Below, piece after piece: positions 34,385 through 43,253 of a DNA stretch of 43,253 nt. The stretch lies in contig JBOFSL010000173.1 in the NCBI GenBank assembly GCA_051651525.1, positions 1 through 43,253 of the forward strand. Direction: 5' to 3'. The DNA comes from Culicoidibacterales bacterium (GTDB lineage Bacteria; Bacillota_I; Bacilli_A; Culicoidibacterales; ZOR0006). The notes under the pieces were generated by a model, which was not told the DNA's origin, ran no database searches, and saw only the letters and a list, made by a program, of their open reading frames with translations. The position numbers and the translations under genes were made by a program. How positions within the stretch are numbered: position 1 is the stretch's first letter; the number at the start of each line of letters is the position of its first letter.

Positions 34385-35335
34385 ATGAATAAAAATGATA
34401 AATATGTGGTTGTAATCGGAGCAACGTTAGTAGATGTAATTGGGACACCCAAAAAACGGTTAGTGATCCACGATTCGAATCCTGGGACAATTCGAACCGT
34501 CTTTGGCGGTGTCAGTCGAAATATTGCCTGTAATTTACAAAGGTTAGGGGTAAATGTTGTATTTATTACGATTGTTGGAAATGATACCGACGGACATGGT
34601 TCGGTTGAAGATGCTAAGAAAATCGGGATAAATATGGATTGCACAATTTTTCGCCAAGATATTGCGACCGCAAAATTTATGTGTATGAATCAAGAAGACC
34701 GCGATTTATATATTGGTATTGCGGATACGAAAATTGTTGAGACGATGTCAGTTGCTGATTTAAAGCCGTTTGAAGAGATTATTAGAGGGGCGAGTGCGTG
34801 TGTTGTCAATACGGATAATCCTCGAGAAATCTTAGAGTATTTAATTGCTGAACACGAGCACGTCCCATTGTTTGTTGACACAATTTCAGCACAAAAAGCA
34901 GCACGAGTAAAAGATTTGATTCATACGTTCTATGCAATCAAGCCAAACGATATTGAAGCAGAAGCCTTTTTGGACTTACCAATTGAAGACGCTAAAGATT
35001 ATGTCATCGCAGTGGATTCTTTTATTGAACATGGAGTGAAACGCGTATTCTTAAGTTTAGGTTCGAAAGGTCTTTATTATGCAGACGAAACGAAACATGG
35101 TCATGTTTATCCAATTCCGGTAAAAATCACAAATACCCTTGGAGCTGGTGATTCAGTGATGGCAGCACTGGTGTACAGTTACCTGCATGATATGGCAATT
35201 GATGAAAGTGCTCATTTTGCTACGGCAACAGCAGCGATGACAATTCAAGCGAAAGGGTCAACAAATGAAACATTAACTGCAAAAAAAGTTCGCGCATTGA
35301 TGCAAACAATTACGAATAAACCAGTCGATCAATAA
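34385..35335 (+). CDS. PfkB family kinase, PsuK/YeiC-like, copy 2
   Basis: Same motifs and same length (316 aa) as the upstream copy, colinear with it. Confidence 0.82.
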   Translation: MNKNDKYVVVIGATLVDVIGTPKKRLVIHDSNPGTIRTVFGGVSRNIACNLQRLGVNVVFITIVGNDTDGHGSVEDAKKIGINMDCTIFRQDIATAKFMCMNQEDRDLYIGIADTKIVETMSVADLKPFEEIIRGASACVVNTDNPREILEYLIAEHEHVPLFVDTISAQKAARVKDLIHTFYAIKPNDIEAEAFLDLPIEDAKDYVIAVDSFIEHGVKRVFLSLGSKGLYYADETKHGHVYPIPVKITNTLGAGDSVMAALVYSYLHDMAIDESAHFATATAAMTIQAKGSTNETLTAKKVRALMQTITNKPVDQ

Positions 35336-35593
35336 CCAAAAAACCAGAAGTAATTCTGGTTTTTTTGAGGATTGCGCTAAAATCCGGAAGATACTAACAA
35401 ATAAGCAAAATGATAGAAGTTTTCCCCTAAAACGATAATTTCCAGTTCACTTATCCCCAAATCTGAAAAATAAAACGAAGTATTCCACCACTGCTTATGG
35501 TTGATTACTTGAAGAAAATGTTAAATTTTTTGAAAATATGCTATGATACAGATAATTGTGAATAAAATGAAATTGAGTAATTGAGGTGAAGAT

Positions 35594-36988
35594 ATGGCAG
35601 CAGCAATAAAAAAAACGAAAACCAAATTTTTCTGTACCGAATGTGGATATGAAACGCCCAAATGGATGGGTCGATGTCCAGGGTGTAATCAGTGGAATAC
35701 ACTAGCTGAAGAATTAGTTGAGAAAAAAAGTAAATTTGTGAATACATCAATTCAAGGTGACTCGCCAAAACCAATTACGCAAGTTCCAGCCGAAGATGCA
35801 TTTCGAATTCAAACTAGCTATGGAGAGTTCAATCGGCTCTTAGGTGGTGGAATTGTGAACGGTGGACTTCACTTAATTGGTGGTGACCCAGGAATTGGCA
35901 AATCAACACTATTATTACAAATTGCGTGTGACTTAGCGAAAAGTGGGCAAAGAGTCTTGTATGTTTCTGGTGAAGAGAGCATGTATCAGACGAAATTGCG
36001 AGCGCAGCGACTAGGACTTGAAAGTGATGAACTGTATTTATACAGTGAAAATGATTTGAATCGAGTAACCCAACAAATTGATGTCGTGAATCCGAAGTTT
36101 TTGATTATTGATTCAATTCAAACAGTGTATTTGAATGAAGTAGCGAGTGCACCAGGAAGTGTATCACAGGTCCGCGAATGTACTGGTGAACTCATGCGAA
36201 TCGCCAAAAGTAAGCAAATTTCAACTTTTGTTGTTGGCCATGTTACGAAAGAAGGGACAATTGCTGGACCAAAATTATTAGAACACATGGTTGATGCCGT
36301 ACTTTATTTTGAGGGTGAGCAACACAATTCCTTTCGGATTTTACGCTCAGTTAAAAACCGTTTCGGTGCCACGAATGAAATTGCAATTTTCGATATGCAA
36401 GGTGGTGGCTTAGTCGAAGTCCTCAATCCATCAATTTTATTTTTGGAAGAGCGAACAGTGATGCGTAGTGGCGTAAGTATTGTCGCAGCGATGGAAGGAT
36501 CACGGCCGATTTTAGTTGAAATTCAGTCGTTATTATCACCAACAGCATTTGGAAATCCCCGTCGTATGAGTAATGGGATTGAAAATAATCGGACATCGCT
36601 CATTTTAGCAGTCTTAGAAAAACGTGCAGGGTTGTTATTACAAAATCAAGATGCCTATATTAAAGTTGTTGGTGGAGTCAAACTCGATGAACCAGCAGCC
36701 GATTTAGCCTTAGCTTTGTGTATTGTTTCAAGCTTCCGCGATCGGGCTTTACAACCAACCGATGTGATTATCGGTGAAGTTGGTTTAACTGGTGAAGTTC
36801 GACGGGTTGTCAAAGTCGAAGAACGATTGAAAGAAGCGAAAAAACTTGGTTTTACGCGAGCAATCATTCCGAAACGAAATGTTGAAGGGTTAGAAATTAC
36901 CGGAATTGAAATTGTTGGAGTATCTGACATTCAAGAAGCAATTCAAATTGCTTTAGCACCAGCAGCTGAACAACATTTACCGTTTTAG
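35594..36988 (+). CDS. radA: DNA repair protein RadA/Sms
   Basis: CTECG..CPGC zinc finger, GDPGIGKST, KNRFG, Lon-like C-terminus. Confidence 0.98.
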   Translation: MAAAIKKTKTKFFCTECGYETPKWMGRCPGCNQWNTLAEELVEKKSKFVNTSIQGDSPKPITQVPAEDAFRIQTSYGEFNRLLGGGIVNGGLHLIGGDPGIGKSTLLLQIACDLAKSGQRVLYVSGEESMYQTKLRAQRLGLESDELYLYSENDLNRVTQQIDVVNPKFLIIDSIQTVYLNEVASAPGSVSQVRECTGELMRIAKSKQISTFVVGHVTKEGTIAGPKLLEHMVDAVLYFEGEQHNSFRILRSVKNRFGATNEIAIFDMQGGGLVEVLNPSILFLEERTVMRSGVSIVAAMEGSRPILVEIQSLLSPTAFGNPRRMSNGIENNRTSLILAVLEKRAGLLLQNQDAYIKVVGGVKLDEPAADLALALCIVSSFRDRALQPTDVIIGEVGLTGEVRRVVKVEERLKEAKKLGFTRAIIPKRNVEGLEITGIEIVGVSDIQEAIQIALAPAAEQHLPF

Positions 36989-37050
36989 TTGACTAGGCAA
37001 ATAGGTAGATTTCAAGTATAATAGAAAAAAACAAAATTGAGGTGCCCAAG

Positions 37051-38061
37051 ATGAAACGTGAATTAGCAATTGAATTTAGTCGTGTAACAGAAGCCGCAGC
37101 GTTAGCAGGATTTAAATGGTTAGGCCGTGGAGATAAAAACTTAGCAGATGATGCAGCTGTTCAAGCAATGCGCCATACATTTAACCAAATTGATATTCAA
37201 GGTGAAATTGTTATTGGTGAAGGTGAAATCGATGATGCACCAATGCTATATATTGGAGAAAAAGTTGGAACACAACTTGGAGATGCAGTTGATATTGCGA
37301 TTGATCCAATTGAAGGAACACGAATGACAGCAATGGGACAGCCAAATGCGATTGCCGTCTTAGCAGTTGGAGAAAAAGGCACATTCTTAAAAGCGCCAGA
37401 TATGTATATGGAAAAATTAGTTGTTTGTCCAGAAGCAAAAGGAATCGTTGATTTGAATGAATCATTAGAAGCGAATGTTCGCCGTGTTGCACGTGCAACT
37501 GGAAAGCAGTTATCAGAATTAACGGTCATGACTTTAGCAAAACCACGTCACGATAAAGTGATTAAACAATTACATGATTTAGGTGTACGCGTCTTTGCAA
37601 TTCCTGATGGTGATGTTGCAGCGAGTATTTTAGTTTGCATGCCAGAAAGCCAAGTTGATATGTATTATGGAATTGGTGGTGCACCTGAAGGTGTCATTTC
37701 AGCTGCAGTTGTCCGTGCTCTTGATGGAGATATGGATGCACGCTTATTACCACGTCACGAAGTAAAAGGTGACACGGAAGAAAATCGTGCGTTAGGAATG
37801 GAAGAACTTTCACGTTGTGAAGCGATGGGAATTCAAGCGGGTGTCGTGATGAAAATTGATGAGCTTGTTAAAAATGATAACATTATCTTCTCAGCAACAG
37901 GTGTAACGAAAGGTGACTTGTTAGAAGGTGTTGCACGCCGCGGAAACATTGCGACAACGGAAACACTCGTTATTCGCGGAAAATCACGGACAGTACGCCG
38001 CATCCAATCAACGCATTATTTGAATCGTAAAGATTTAGAAATCCAAGATATCATTTTATAA
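37051..38061 (+). CDS. glpX: Class II fructose-1,6-bisphosphatase
   Basis: MKRELAIEFSRVTEAAAL, VIGEGEIDDAPMLYIGE, DPIEGT, GIGGAPEGV. Confidence 0.97.
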   Translation: MKRELAIEFSRVTEAAALAGFKWLGRGDKNLADDAAVQAMRHTFNQIDIQGEIVIGEGEIDDAPMLYIGEKVGTQLGDAVDIAIDPIEGTRMTAMGQPNAIAVLAVGEKGTFLKAPDMYMEKLVVCPEAKGIVDLNESLEANVRRVARATGKQLSELTVMTLAKPRHDKVIKQLHDLGVRVFAIPDGDVAASILVCMPESQVDMYYGIGGAPEGVISAAVVRALDGDMDARLLPRHEVKGDTEENRALGMEELSRCEAMGIQAGVVMKIDELVKNDNIIFSATGVTKGDLLEGVARRGNIATTETLVIRGKSRTVRRIQSTHYLNRKDLEIQDIIL

Positions 38062-38166
38062 GCGGTTGTTTGAGCGAATCAAGACAATATCATCTTTGAA
38101 TCATATAAGCATGAATAATTTATTTCGAAGGCTTTACATTCAAAAACAACTATGATATACTAACTA

Positions 38167-38236
38167 GGATGATTTGACTGGATTCCGTTCATCAGGAATC
38201 CGCAAGCCCGGGGTCGAGCCCCTGGGCTTTTTTTTT
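38167..38236 (+). ncRNA. Candidate ~70-nt two-hairpin small RNA
   Basis: Promoter TTTACA(38133-38)-17-TATACT(38156-61) with TG extension; hairpin GGATTCC-GTTCATCA-GGAATCC; GC-rich terminator plus T9. Confidence 0.5.
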
Positions 38237-38319
38237 GCGTTTTCTGCCAAAAAAAGCCCATTTATAAACAAATTTTGTTATAATTGTTGTGATTTTAAAC
38301 GATAAAGGAGGGCGTATGC

Positions 38320-39006
38320 ATGTATACAGCGATACTCTTAGCAGCGGGAAGTGGAAGCCGCGCCGCACTAGGTTATAACAAAGTACTTTATACACTGAAA
38401 CAAAAACCAATTTTTATGTGGTCACTTGCACAATTTTTGGAGCAAGCCGACTGTAAACAAGTGATTATTGTCACACAAGAACAAGAAATTGATACATTTG
38501 CTGATTTGTTAGAGCTCTATCAAATTAATGATTCACGTATTGAATTTGTTGTTGGTGGTGCTGAGCGTCAACAAAGCGTGAAACATGCACTGCAGCATAC
38601 AAGTCAGCCATACGTCTTTATTCACGATGGTGCACGACCATTTATTAACCAAGAACAATTAACGCGACTATACGAAGCAGTACAAACACAAGAAGCAGTG
38701 ATGCTAGCTGTTCCTGCCAAAGATACTGTCAAACTTGTTGAAAATAATATTGTTGAAAAAACATACGATCGTCAAAGAATGTATTTAGCACAAACACCAC
38801 AAGTGTTTACGACCAAATTAATTACGCATGCACACCATCATGCCCAAACGATGGAAATTTTAGCGACTGATGATGCATCCTTGATTGAGCAATTATGTTT
38901 ACATCCAGTCCATGTTTTGGCGGGGAATTACGTAAATATGAAAGTCACGACACCAGAAGATTTCATCATTGCAATGGCATTAATTGAAGGAGGAATGATT
39001 GAATGA
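38320..39006 (+). CDS. ispD: 2-C-methyl-D-erythritol 4-phosphate cytidylyltransferase
   Basis: [43 protein letters not shown]. Confidence 0.96.
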   Translation: MYTAILLAAGSGSRAALGYNKVLYTLKQKPIFMWSLAQFLEQADCKQVIIVTQEQEIDTFADLLELYQINDSRIEFVVGGAERQQSVKHALQHTSQPYVFIHDGARPFINQEQLTRLYEAVQTQEAVMLAVPAKDTVKLVENNIVEKTYDRQRMYLAQTPQVFTTKLITHAHHHAQTMEILATDDASLIEQLCLHPVHVLAGNYVNMKVTTPEDFIIAMALIEGGMIE

Positions 39007-39479
39007 TACGAATAGGACAATCGACAGATATTCATCAACTAGTCGAAGGACGCCGATTATTTTTAGGGGGTGTTGAAATCCCTCATGATAAAGGCTTGCT
39101 TGGACATTCGGATGCGGATGTTTTGCTACATGCAATTACTGAAGCGATGATTGGCGCACTTGGTTTAGGTGATATTGGAGCCCATTTTCCAGATACAGAT
39201 CCAAAGTATAAAGGAATTGATTCGAAAATTTTATTAGCTGAAACAGTGGCACTTCTGCACCAACAAGGATATCGAGTTGGGAATGTTGATAGTACAATTT
39301 TAGCCGAACAACCGAAATTGCGACCACATATCGAAAGCATGTGTGAAACAATTGCGGCAATTTTACAAGTTGAACGGACGCAAGTGAACGTCAAAGCCAC
39401 ACGTGGTGAAAAAATGGGGTTCGTTGGACGTGAAGAGGGAATTATGGCACAAGCAGTTGTCTTAGTGGTAAAACAATAG
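39003..39479 (+). CDS. ispF: 2-C-methyl-D-erythritol 2,4-cyclodiphosphate synthase
   Basis: [34 protein letters not shown]. Confidence 0.98.
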   Translation: MIRIGQSTDIHQLVEGRRLFLGGVEIPHDKGLLGHSDADVLLHAITEAMIGALGLGDIGAHFPDTDPKYKGIDSKILLAETVALLHQQGYRVGNVDSTILAEQPKLRPHIESMCETIAAILQVERTQVNVKATRGEKMGFVGREEGIMAQAVVLVVKQ

Positions 39480-39550
39480 TCATTATTTTCAAAAAAGCTG
39501 AAAAATGCTATAATGAAAAAGAATTTAGCCAATTTTTGGAGGTCTATTAT

Positions 39551-41005
39551 ATGAGTACACGTGTACGCGTGCGTTATGCACCGAGTCCAACAGGACATCT
39601 ACATATTGGAAATGCCCGTACGGCATTGTATGTTTATTTATTTGCCAATCACTATAACGGTGATATGGTTTTACGTATCGAAGATACGGATATCGAACGT
39701 AATGTTGCTGGCGGAGAAGAAAGCCAAGCAAGCAATTTACACTGGTTAGGGATTGAATGGAATGAAGGTCCAGATATGGGCGGAAACTTCGGTCCATATC
39801 GGCAACTTGAACGTTTAGATTTATATACAAAATATGCTGAACAGATGATTGCTGATGGGAATGCATATCGTTGCTACTGTACCGAAGAAGAGTTAGGTGC
39901 TGAACGTGAATCACAAATCGCGGCTGGACACCCAACGACACGCTATAGTGGAAAATGTCGTCACTTAACGGCAGAACAACGTGATGAAAAAGAAGCAGCA
40001 GGACTTGAATACACAATTCGCTTCGCTGTACCGACAAATGAAACGTATACATGGACTGATATGGTTCGTAAAGCAATTACGTTTGAATCAAAAGATATCG
40101 GTGACTGGGTACTTGTGAAAAAAAATGGGATTGCAACATACAATTATGCGGTTGTAATTGACGATTATTTAATGGAAATTAGCCATGTTTTACGTGGTGA
40201 AGAACACATTTCAAATACACCACGTCAATTAATGGTATACAAAGCCCTTGGATGGGAAGCGCCAGCCTTTGGACACATGTCAGTTATCGTCAATGAAAAC
40301 CGTAAAAAGTTATCAAAACGTGACGAATCTGTGCTACAATTTATCGAACAATATCGTGAGCTTGGGTATTTACCAGAAGCACTCTTTAACTTTATTGCAT
40401 TACTTGGATGGTCGCCAGAAGGTGAAGAAGAAATATTTGATAAAAATACATTCATCAAAATATTCGATGAACACCGCTTAAGCTCAGCACCAGCGATGTT
40501 TGATCGTGATAAATTAACATGGATTAACAATCGTTATATGAAAGCAGCAACTTTAGAAAAAGTTGTCAGCCTAGCACGCCCACATTTAGAAAAAGCCTAT
40601 GATTTAAGTGCGAAAACTGACGAGTGGATTGAAAAGTTAATTGCGTTGTATCATGATCAAATGTCATATGGAGCAGAAATCGTGGAAATTGCTGATTTAT
40701 TCTTCAAAGAAACAATTGCTTTAGATGAAGAAGCGCAAGCGTTCATCACCCAAGATGGAGTTAAAGCAACGTTAGAAACGTTATTAGCTCATTTTGAAGG
40801 GTTAACGGATTTTGATGCAGCTACAATCAAAAAAGCTGTCCAACAAACCGGAAAAGATGCAGGCGTAAAAGGGAAAATGCTCTTCATGCCTGTGCGGATT
40901 GCCACAACAGGCCAAATGCACGGCCCAGACCTACCAAATGCAATTGAATTAATCGGGAAAGCAGCAGTTATTACACGATTACAAGCAATTATTGCCAGTT
41001 TATAA
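39551..41005 (+). CDS. gltX: Glutamyl-tRNA synthetase
   Basis: [34 protein letters not shown]. Confidence 0.99.
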   Translation: MSTRVRVRYAPSPTGHLHIGNARTALYVYLFANHYNGDMVLRIEDTDIERNVAGGEESQASNLHWLGIEWNEGPDMGGNFGPYRQLERLDLYTKYAEQMIADGNAYRCYCTEEELGAERESQIAAGHPTTRYSGKCRHLTAEQRDEKEAAGLEYTIRFAVPTNETYTWTDMVRKAITFESKDIGDWVLVKKNGIATYNYAVVIDDYLMEISHVLRGEEHISNTPRQLMVYKALGWEAPAFGHMSVIVNENRKKLSKRDESVLQFIEQYRELGYLPEALFNFIALLGWSPEGEEEIFDKNTFIKIFDEHRLSSAPAMFDRDKLTWINNRYMKAATLEKVVSLARPHLEKAYDLSAKTDEWIEKLIALYHDQMSYGAEIVEIADLFFKETIALDEEAQAFITQDGVKATLETLLAHFEGLTDFDAATIKKAVQQTGKDAGVKGKMLFMPVRIATTGQMHGPDLPNAIELIGKAAVITRLQAIIASL

Positions 41006-41134
41006 ATTACCCAGCTGTTCAAGAGAAAAATACAGATTTTTCTCTTGAACACTTAATGAGTGGATTTATTTACGCTCGTAAGAGTTTGTGGTATGATAAA
41101 AATATAAAATACAACCATAAGGGAGACGATAACA

Positions 41135-42655
41135 ATGGGGAAAAGTCCAATTTTATTAGCAATTCTTGACGGAGTTGGAATCACAGAAGCGAATACAGGA
41201 AATGCATACGCAAAAGCAAAAAAACCAAATTTAGAACGTTTAATGGCAACATATCCAACAACACAATTAGGTGCATGTGGAGAAGCAGTTGGTCTACCAG
41301 AAGGACAAATGGGTAACTCGGAAGTAGGTCACTTAAACTTAGGAGCAGGACGTATTGTCTACCAAAGTTTAACATTAATCAATAAATCAATTCGTGATAA
41401 TGAGTTTGAAAAAAATGAAGTATTAGTTGCTGCTGTTGAAAAAGCAAAAGCAAATAATAGTCGTTTACACATTATGGGATTATTATCAGATGGTGGGGTT
41501 CATGCTCACATCGATCACATTATTGCTTTAGTGAAAATGGCAAAAACATATGGAGTAACTGATGTTGCTGTGCATGCATTCCTTGATGGACGTGATGTTG
41601 CACCAACAAGTTCAGTCACATACTTAAACCAATTACAAGCAGCAATCGATGAAATCGGTGTTGGAGCAATTGCTTCAGTTTCAGGACGTTACTATTCAAT
41701 GGACCGCGACAAACGTTGGGATCGTGTTGAATTAGCATATGATGCAATCGTTGATGGAATTGGAACAAAATACACAGATGTATCTGAATATGTTGCAGCT
41801 GAATATGCAGCTGAGCGTTTCGATGAATTCGTATTACCAGCGGTAAATGCTAATGTTGATGGAACAATTCAAGATGGAGATGTTATTATTAATGCTAACT
41901 TCCGTCCTGACCGTTCAATTCAATTAGCATCAGTGTTAACAAACCCTGAATACGATTCATTCACACCAAAACGTCGTGCAAATGATGTGACATATGTGCA
42001 AATGATGAAATATGCTGATTCAGTAAAATCTGACTTAATTGCTTTCCATGCGTTAAAATTAACAAATGGATTAGGTGATACATTAGCAGAACGTGGATAC
42101 AATCAATTACGGATTGCAGAAACTGAAAAATATGCACACGTAACATTCTTCTTCGATGGTGGAGTTGATAAACAATTACCAAATGCTGATCGTATTTTAG
42201 TTAACTCACCAAAAGTTGCAACATATGACTTACAACCAGAAATGAGCGCAGCAGAAGTAACAGAAAAATTATTAGCAGCAATCGCAGCTGATACATATGA
42301 TGTAATTATCTTAAACTACGCAAACTGCGATATGGTTGGACATACAGCAGTTGAATCAGCAGTTATCAAAGCTGTTGAAACAGTTGATGCATGTATTGGA
42401 CAAGTTGCTGATGCAGTAATTGCAAAAGGTGGAGTTGCTTTAATTACAGCTGATCACGGAAATGCAGAGAAAATTTTAGATGAAAATGGAAAACCATTTA
42501 CAGCACATACAACAAATCCAGTACCACTTATTGTGACAAAAGCTGGAGCTGAATTACGTCAAGACGGTGTTCTTGCTGACTTAGCACCAACAATTCTTGC
42601 TTTATTAGGTGAAGAACAACCAGCTGAAATGACAGGAAAAACTGTTATTTTATAA
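41135..42655 (+). CDS. gpmI: 2,3-bisphosphoglycerate-independent phosphoglycerate mutase
   Basis: GQMGNSEVGH, SDGGVH, DGRD, AETEKYAHVTFFF, DMVGHT, TADHGN. Confidence 0.98.
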   Translation: MGKSPILLAILDGVGITEANTGNAYAKAKKPNLERLMATYPTTQLGACGEAVGLPEGQMGNSEVGHLNLGAGRIVYQSLTLINKSIRDNEFEKNEVLVAAVEKAKANNSRLHIMGLLSDGGVHAHIDHIIALVKMAKTYGVTDVAVHAFLDGRDVAPTSSVTYLNQLQAAIDEIGVGAIASVSGRYYSMDRDKRWDRVELAYDAIVDGIGTKYTDVSEYVAAEYAAERFDEFVLPAVNANVDGTIQDGDVIINANFRPDRSIQLASVLTNPEYDSFTPKRRANDVTYVQMMKYADSVKSDLIAFHALKLTNGLGDTLAERGYNQLRIAETEKYAHVTFFFDGGVDKQLPNADRILVNSPKVATYDLQPEMSAAEVTEKLLAAIAADTYDVIILNYANCDMVGHTAVESAVIKAVETVDACIGQVADAVIAKGGVALITADHGNAEKILDENGKPFTAHTTNPVPLIVTKAGAELRQDGVLADLAPTILALLGEEQPAEMTGKTVIL

Positions 42656-42745
42656 GCAAGTAATAAAATAACAACAGAAGTATATCGCGAAATTTTAGTA
42701 AATAAATTGCCGCGGTATACTTCTTTATTTGTAAAAAACGAAACC

Positions 42746-42778
42746 AAAAAAGCCGAGCACATACGTGCTCGGCTTTTT
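42746..42778. terminator. Bidirectional terminator between convergent gpmI and maf
   Basis: AAAAAAGCCGAGCAC-ATAC-GTGCTCGGCTTTTT. Confidence 0.85.
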
Positions 42779-42780
42779 GA

Positions 42781-43253
42781 TTAGGCATGAGTATCAGCCG
42801 TAATCATTTTCAAAAAGGTTTCAAGCTCTCTTTTTAAATGTTTGACTGGCAAGCCAATTACATTCGTTTTGGAACCGTTTAGTCGACGAATCAAGGCATC
42901 ATCAAAGCTTTGAATTCCGTAACCGCCAGCTTTGTCAAAAGGCTCACCTGATTGGATATAACTTGCAATAAAGTCAGGTTGAAGCACATGAAAACTGATT
43001 TCAGTGGCAGCATAAAAGCTGTGTACGTGAGTGCCGTACTGTAATGAAACACCAGTAATCACAACTTGGGTATTATTACTCATCATTGAAAGCATCCGAA
43101 AAGCATCAGCTTCATCAATTGGTTTTCCTAAAATTTCATCATTACAAACGACAAGTGTATCAGCACCAATAATTAAACTAGCCGGATAATAAAACTGCAC
43201 TTCCTCAGCTTTTTGAGCAGCTAAGCTCATTGCGACTTCAGCGGGCGAGAGAC
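42781..43253 (-). CDS. maf: Maf family nucleoside triphosphate pyrophosphatase, 5' end outside the window
   Basis: IIGADTLVV, ILGKP, DKAGGYGIQ, NVIGLP; frame stays open to the window edge. Confidence 0.93.
   Translation of the reverse strand, partial: LSPAEVAMSLAAQKAEEVQFYYPASLIIGADTLVVCNDEILGKPIDEADAFRMLSMMSNNTQVVITGVSLQYGTHVHSFYAATEISFHVLQPDFIASYIQSGEPFDKAGGYGIQSFDDALIRRLNGSKTNVIGLPVKHLKRELETFLKMITADTHA

Noticed and set aside
35367-35520. Unexplained intergenic stretch before radA with a short open frame on the minus strand
   Set aside because: No convincing start, RBS, structure or repeat found
38176-38227. Resemblance to the ZMP/ZTP riboswitch (TGACTGG and CCTGGGC)
   Set aside because: Lacks the GGCG/CGCC pseudoknot and the GTGG/CCAC stem; CCTGGGC is simply part of the terminator
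39083-40076. Long minus-strand ORFs (171 and 183 aa) and the many other antisense ORFs in the track
   Set aside because: Shadow frames of conserved genes such as ispF and gltX, with no RBS or recognisable motifs

Overview
Low-GC Bacillota (Firmicutes) chromosomal window, almost entirely + strand. It matches the conserved origin-proximal housekeeping block of Bacillus-like genomes: rsmI-metG-tatD-yabE-rnmV-ksgA-ispE-spoVG-glmU-prs-pth-mfd-yabN-yabO-divIC-tilS-hpt-ftsH-hslO-dusB-lysS-radA-ispD-ispF-gltX. The sporulation-specific genes usually interspersed here (yabG, sspF, spoVT, yabP/Q, spoIIE) are absent. Accessory insertions are a nitroreductase, an ankyrin microprotein inside the Met T-box/metG unit, tandem YabE/3D paralogs, TPP riboswitch-thiT, an sdpR-sdpI-like immunity module, an ABC exporter, an M15 peptidase, an RDD protein, tandem PsuK-like kinases and an E. 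coli-like glpX. I saw no mobile elements, CRISPR arrays, rRNA or tRNA. The most interesting signals are two promoter-plus-terminator-bounded structured RNA candidates with no convincing ORF (about 2038-2144 and 38167-38236), the T-box-controlled ankyrin microprotein, and a Walker A G-to-V change in FtsH. All calls come from reading motifs and from recalled family knowledge; no searches were run.
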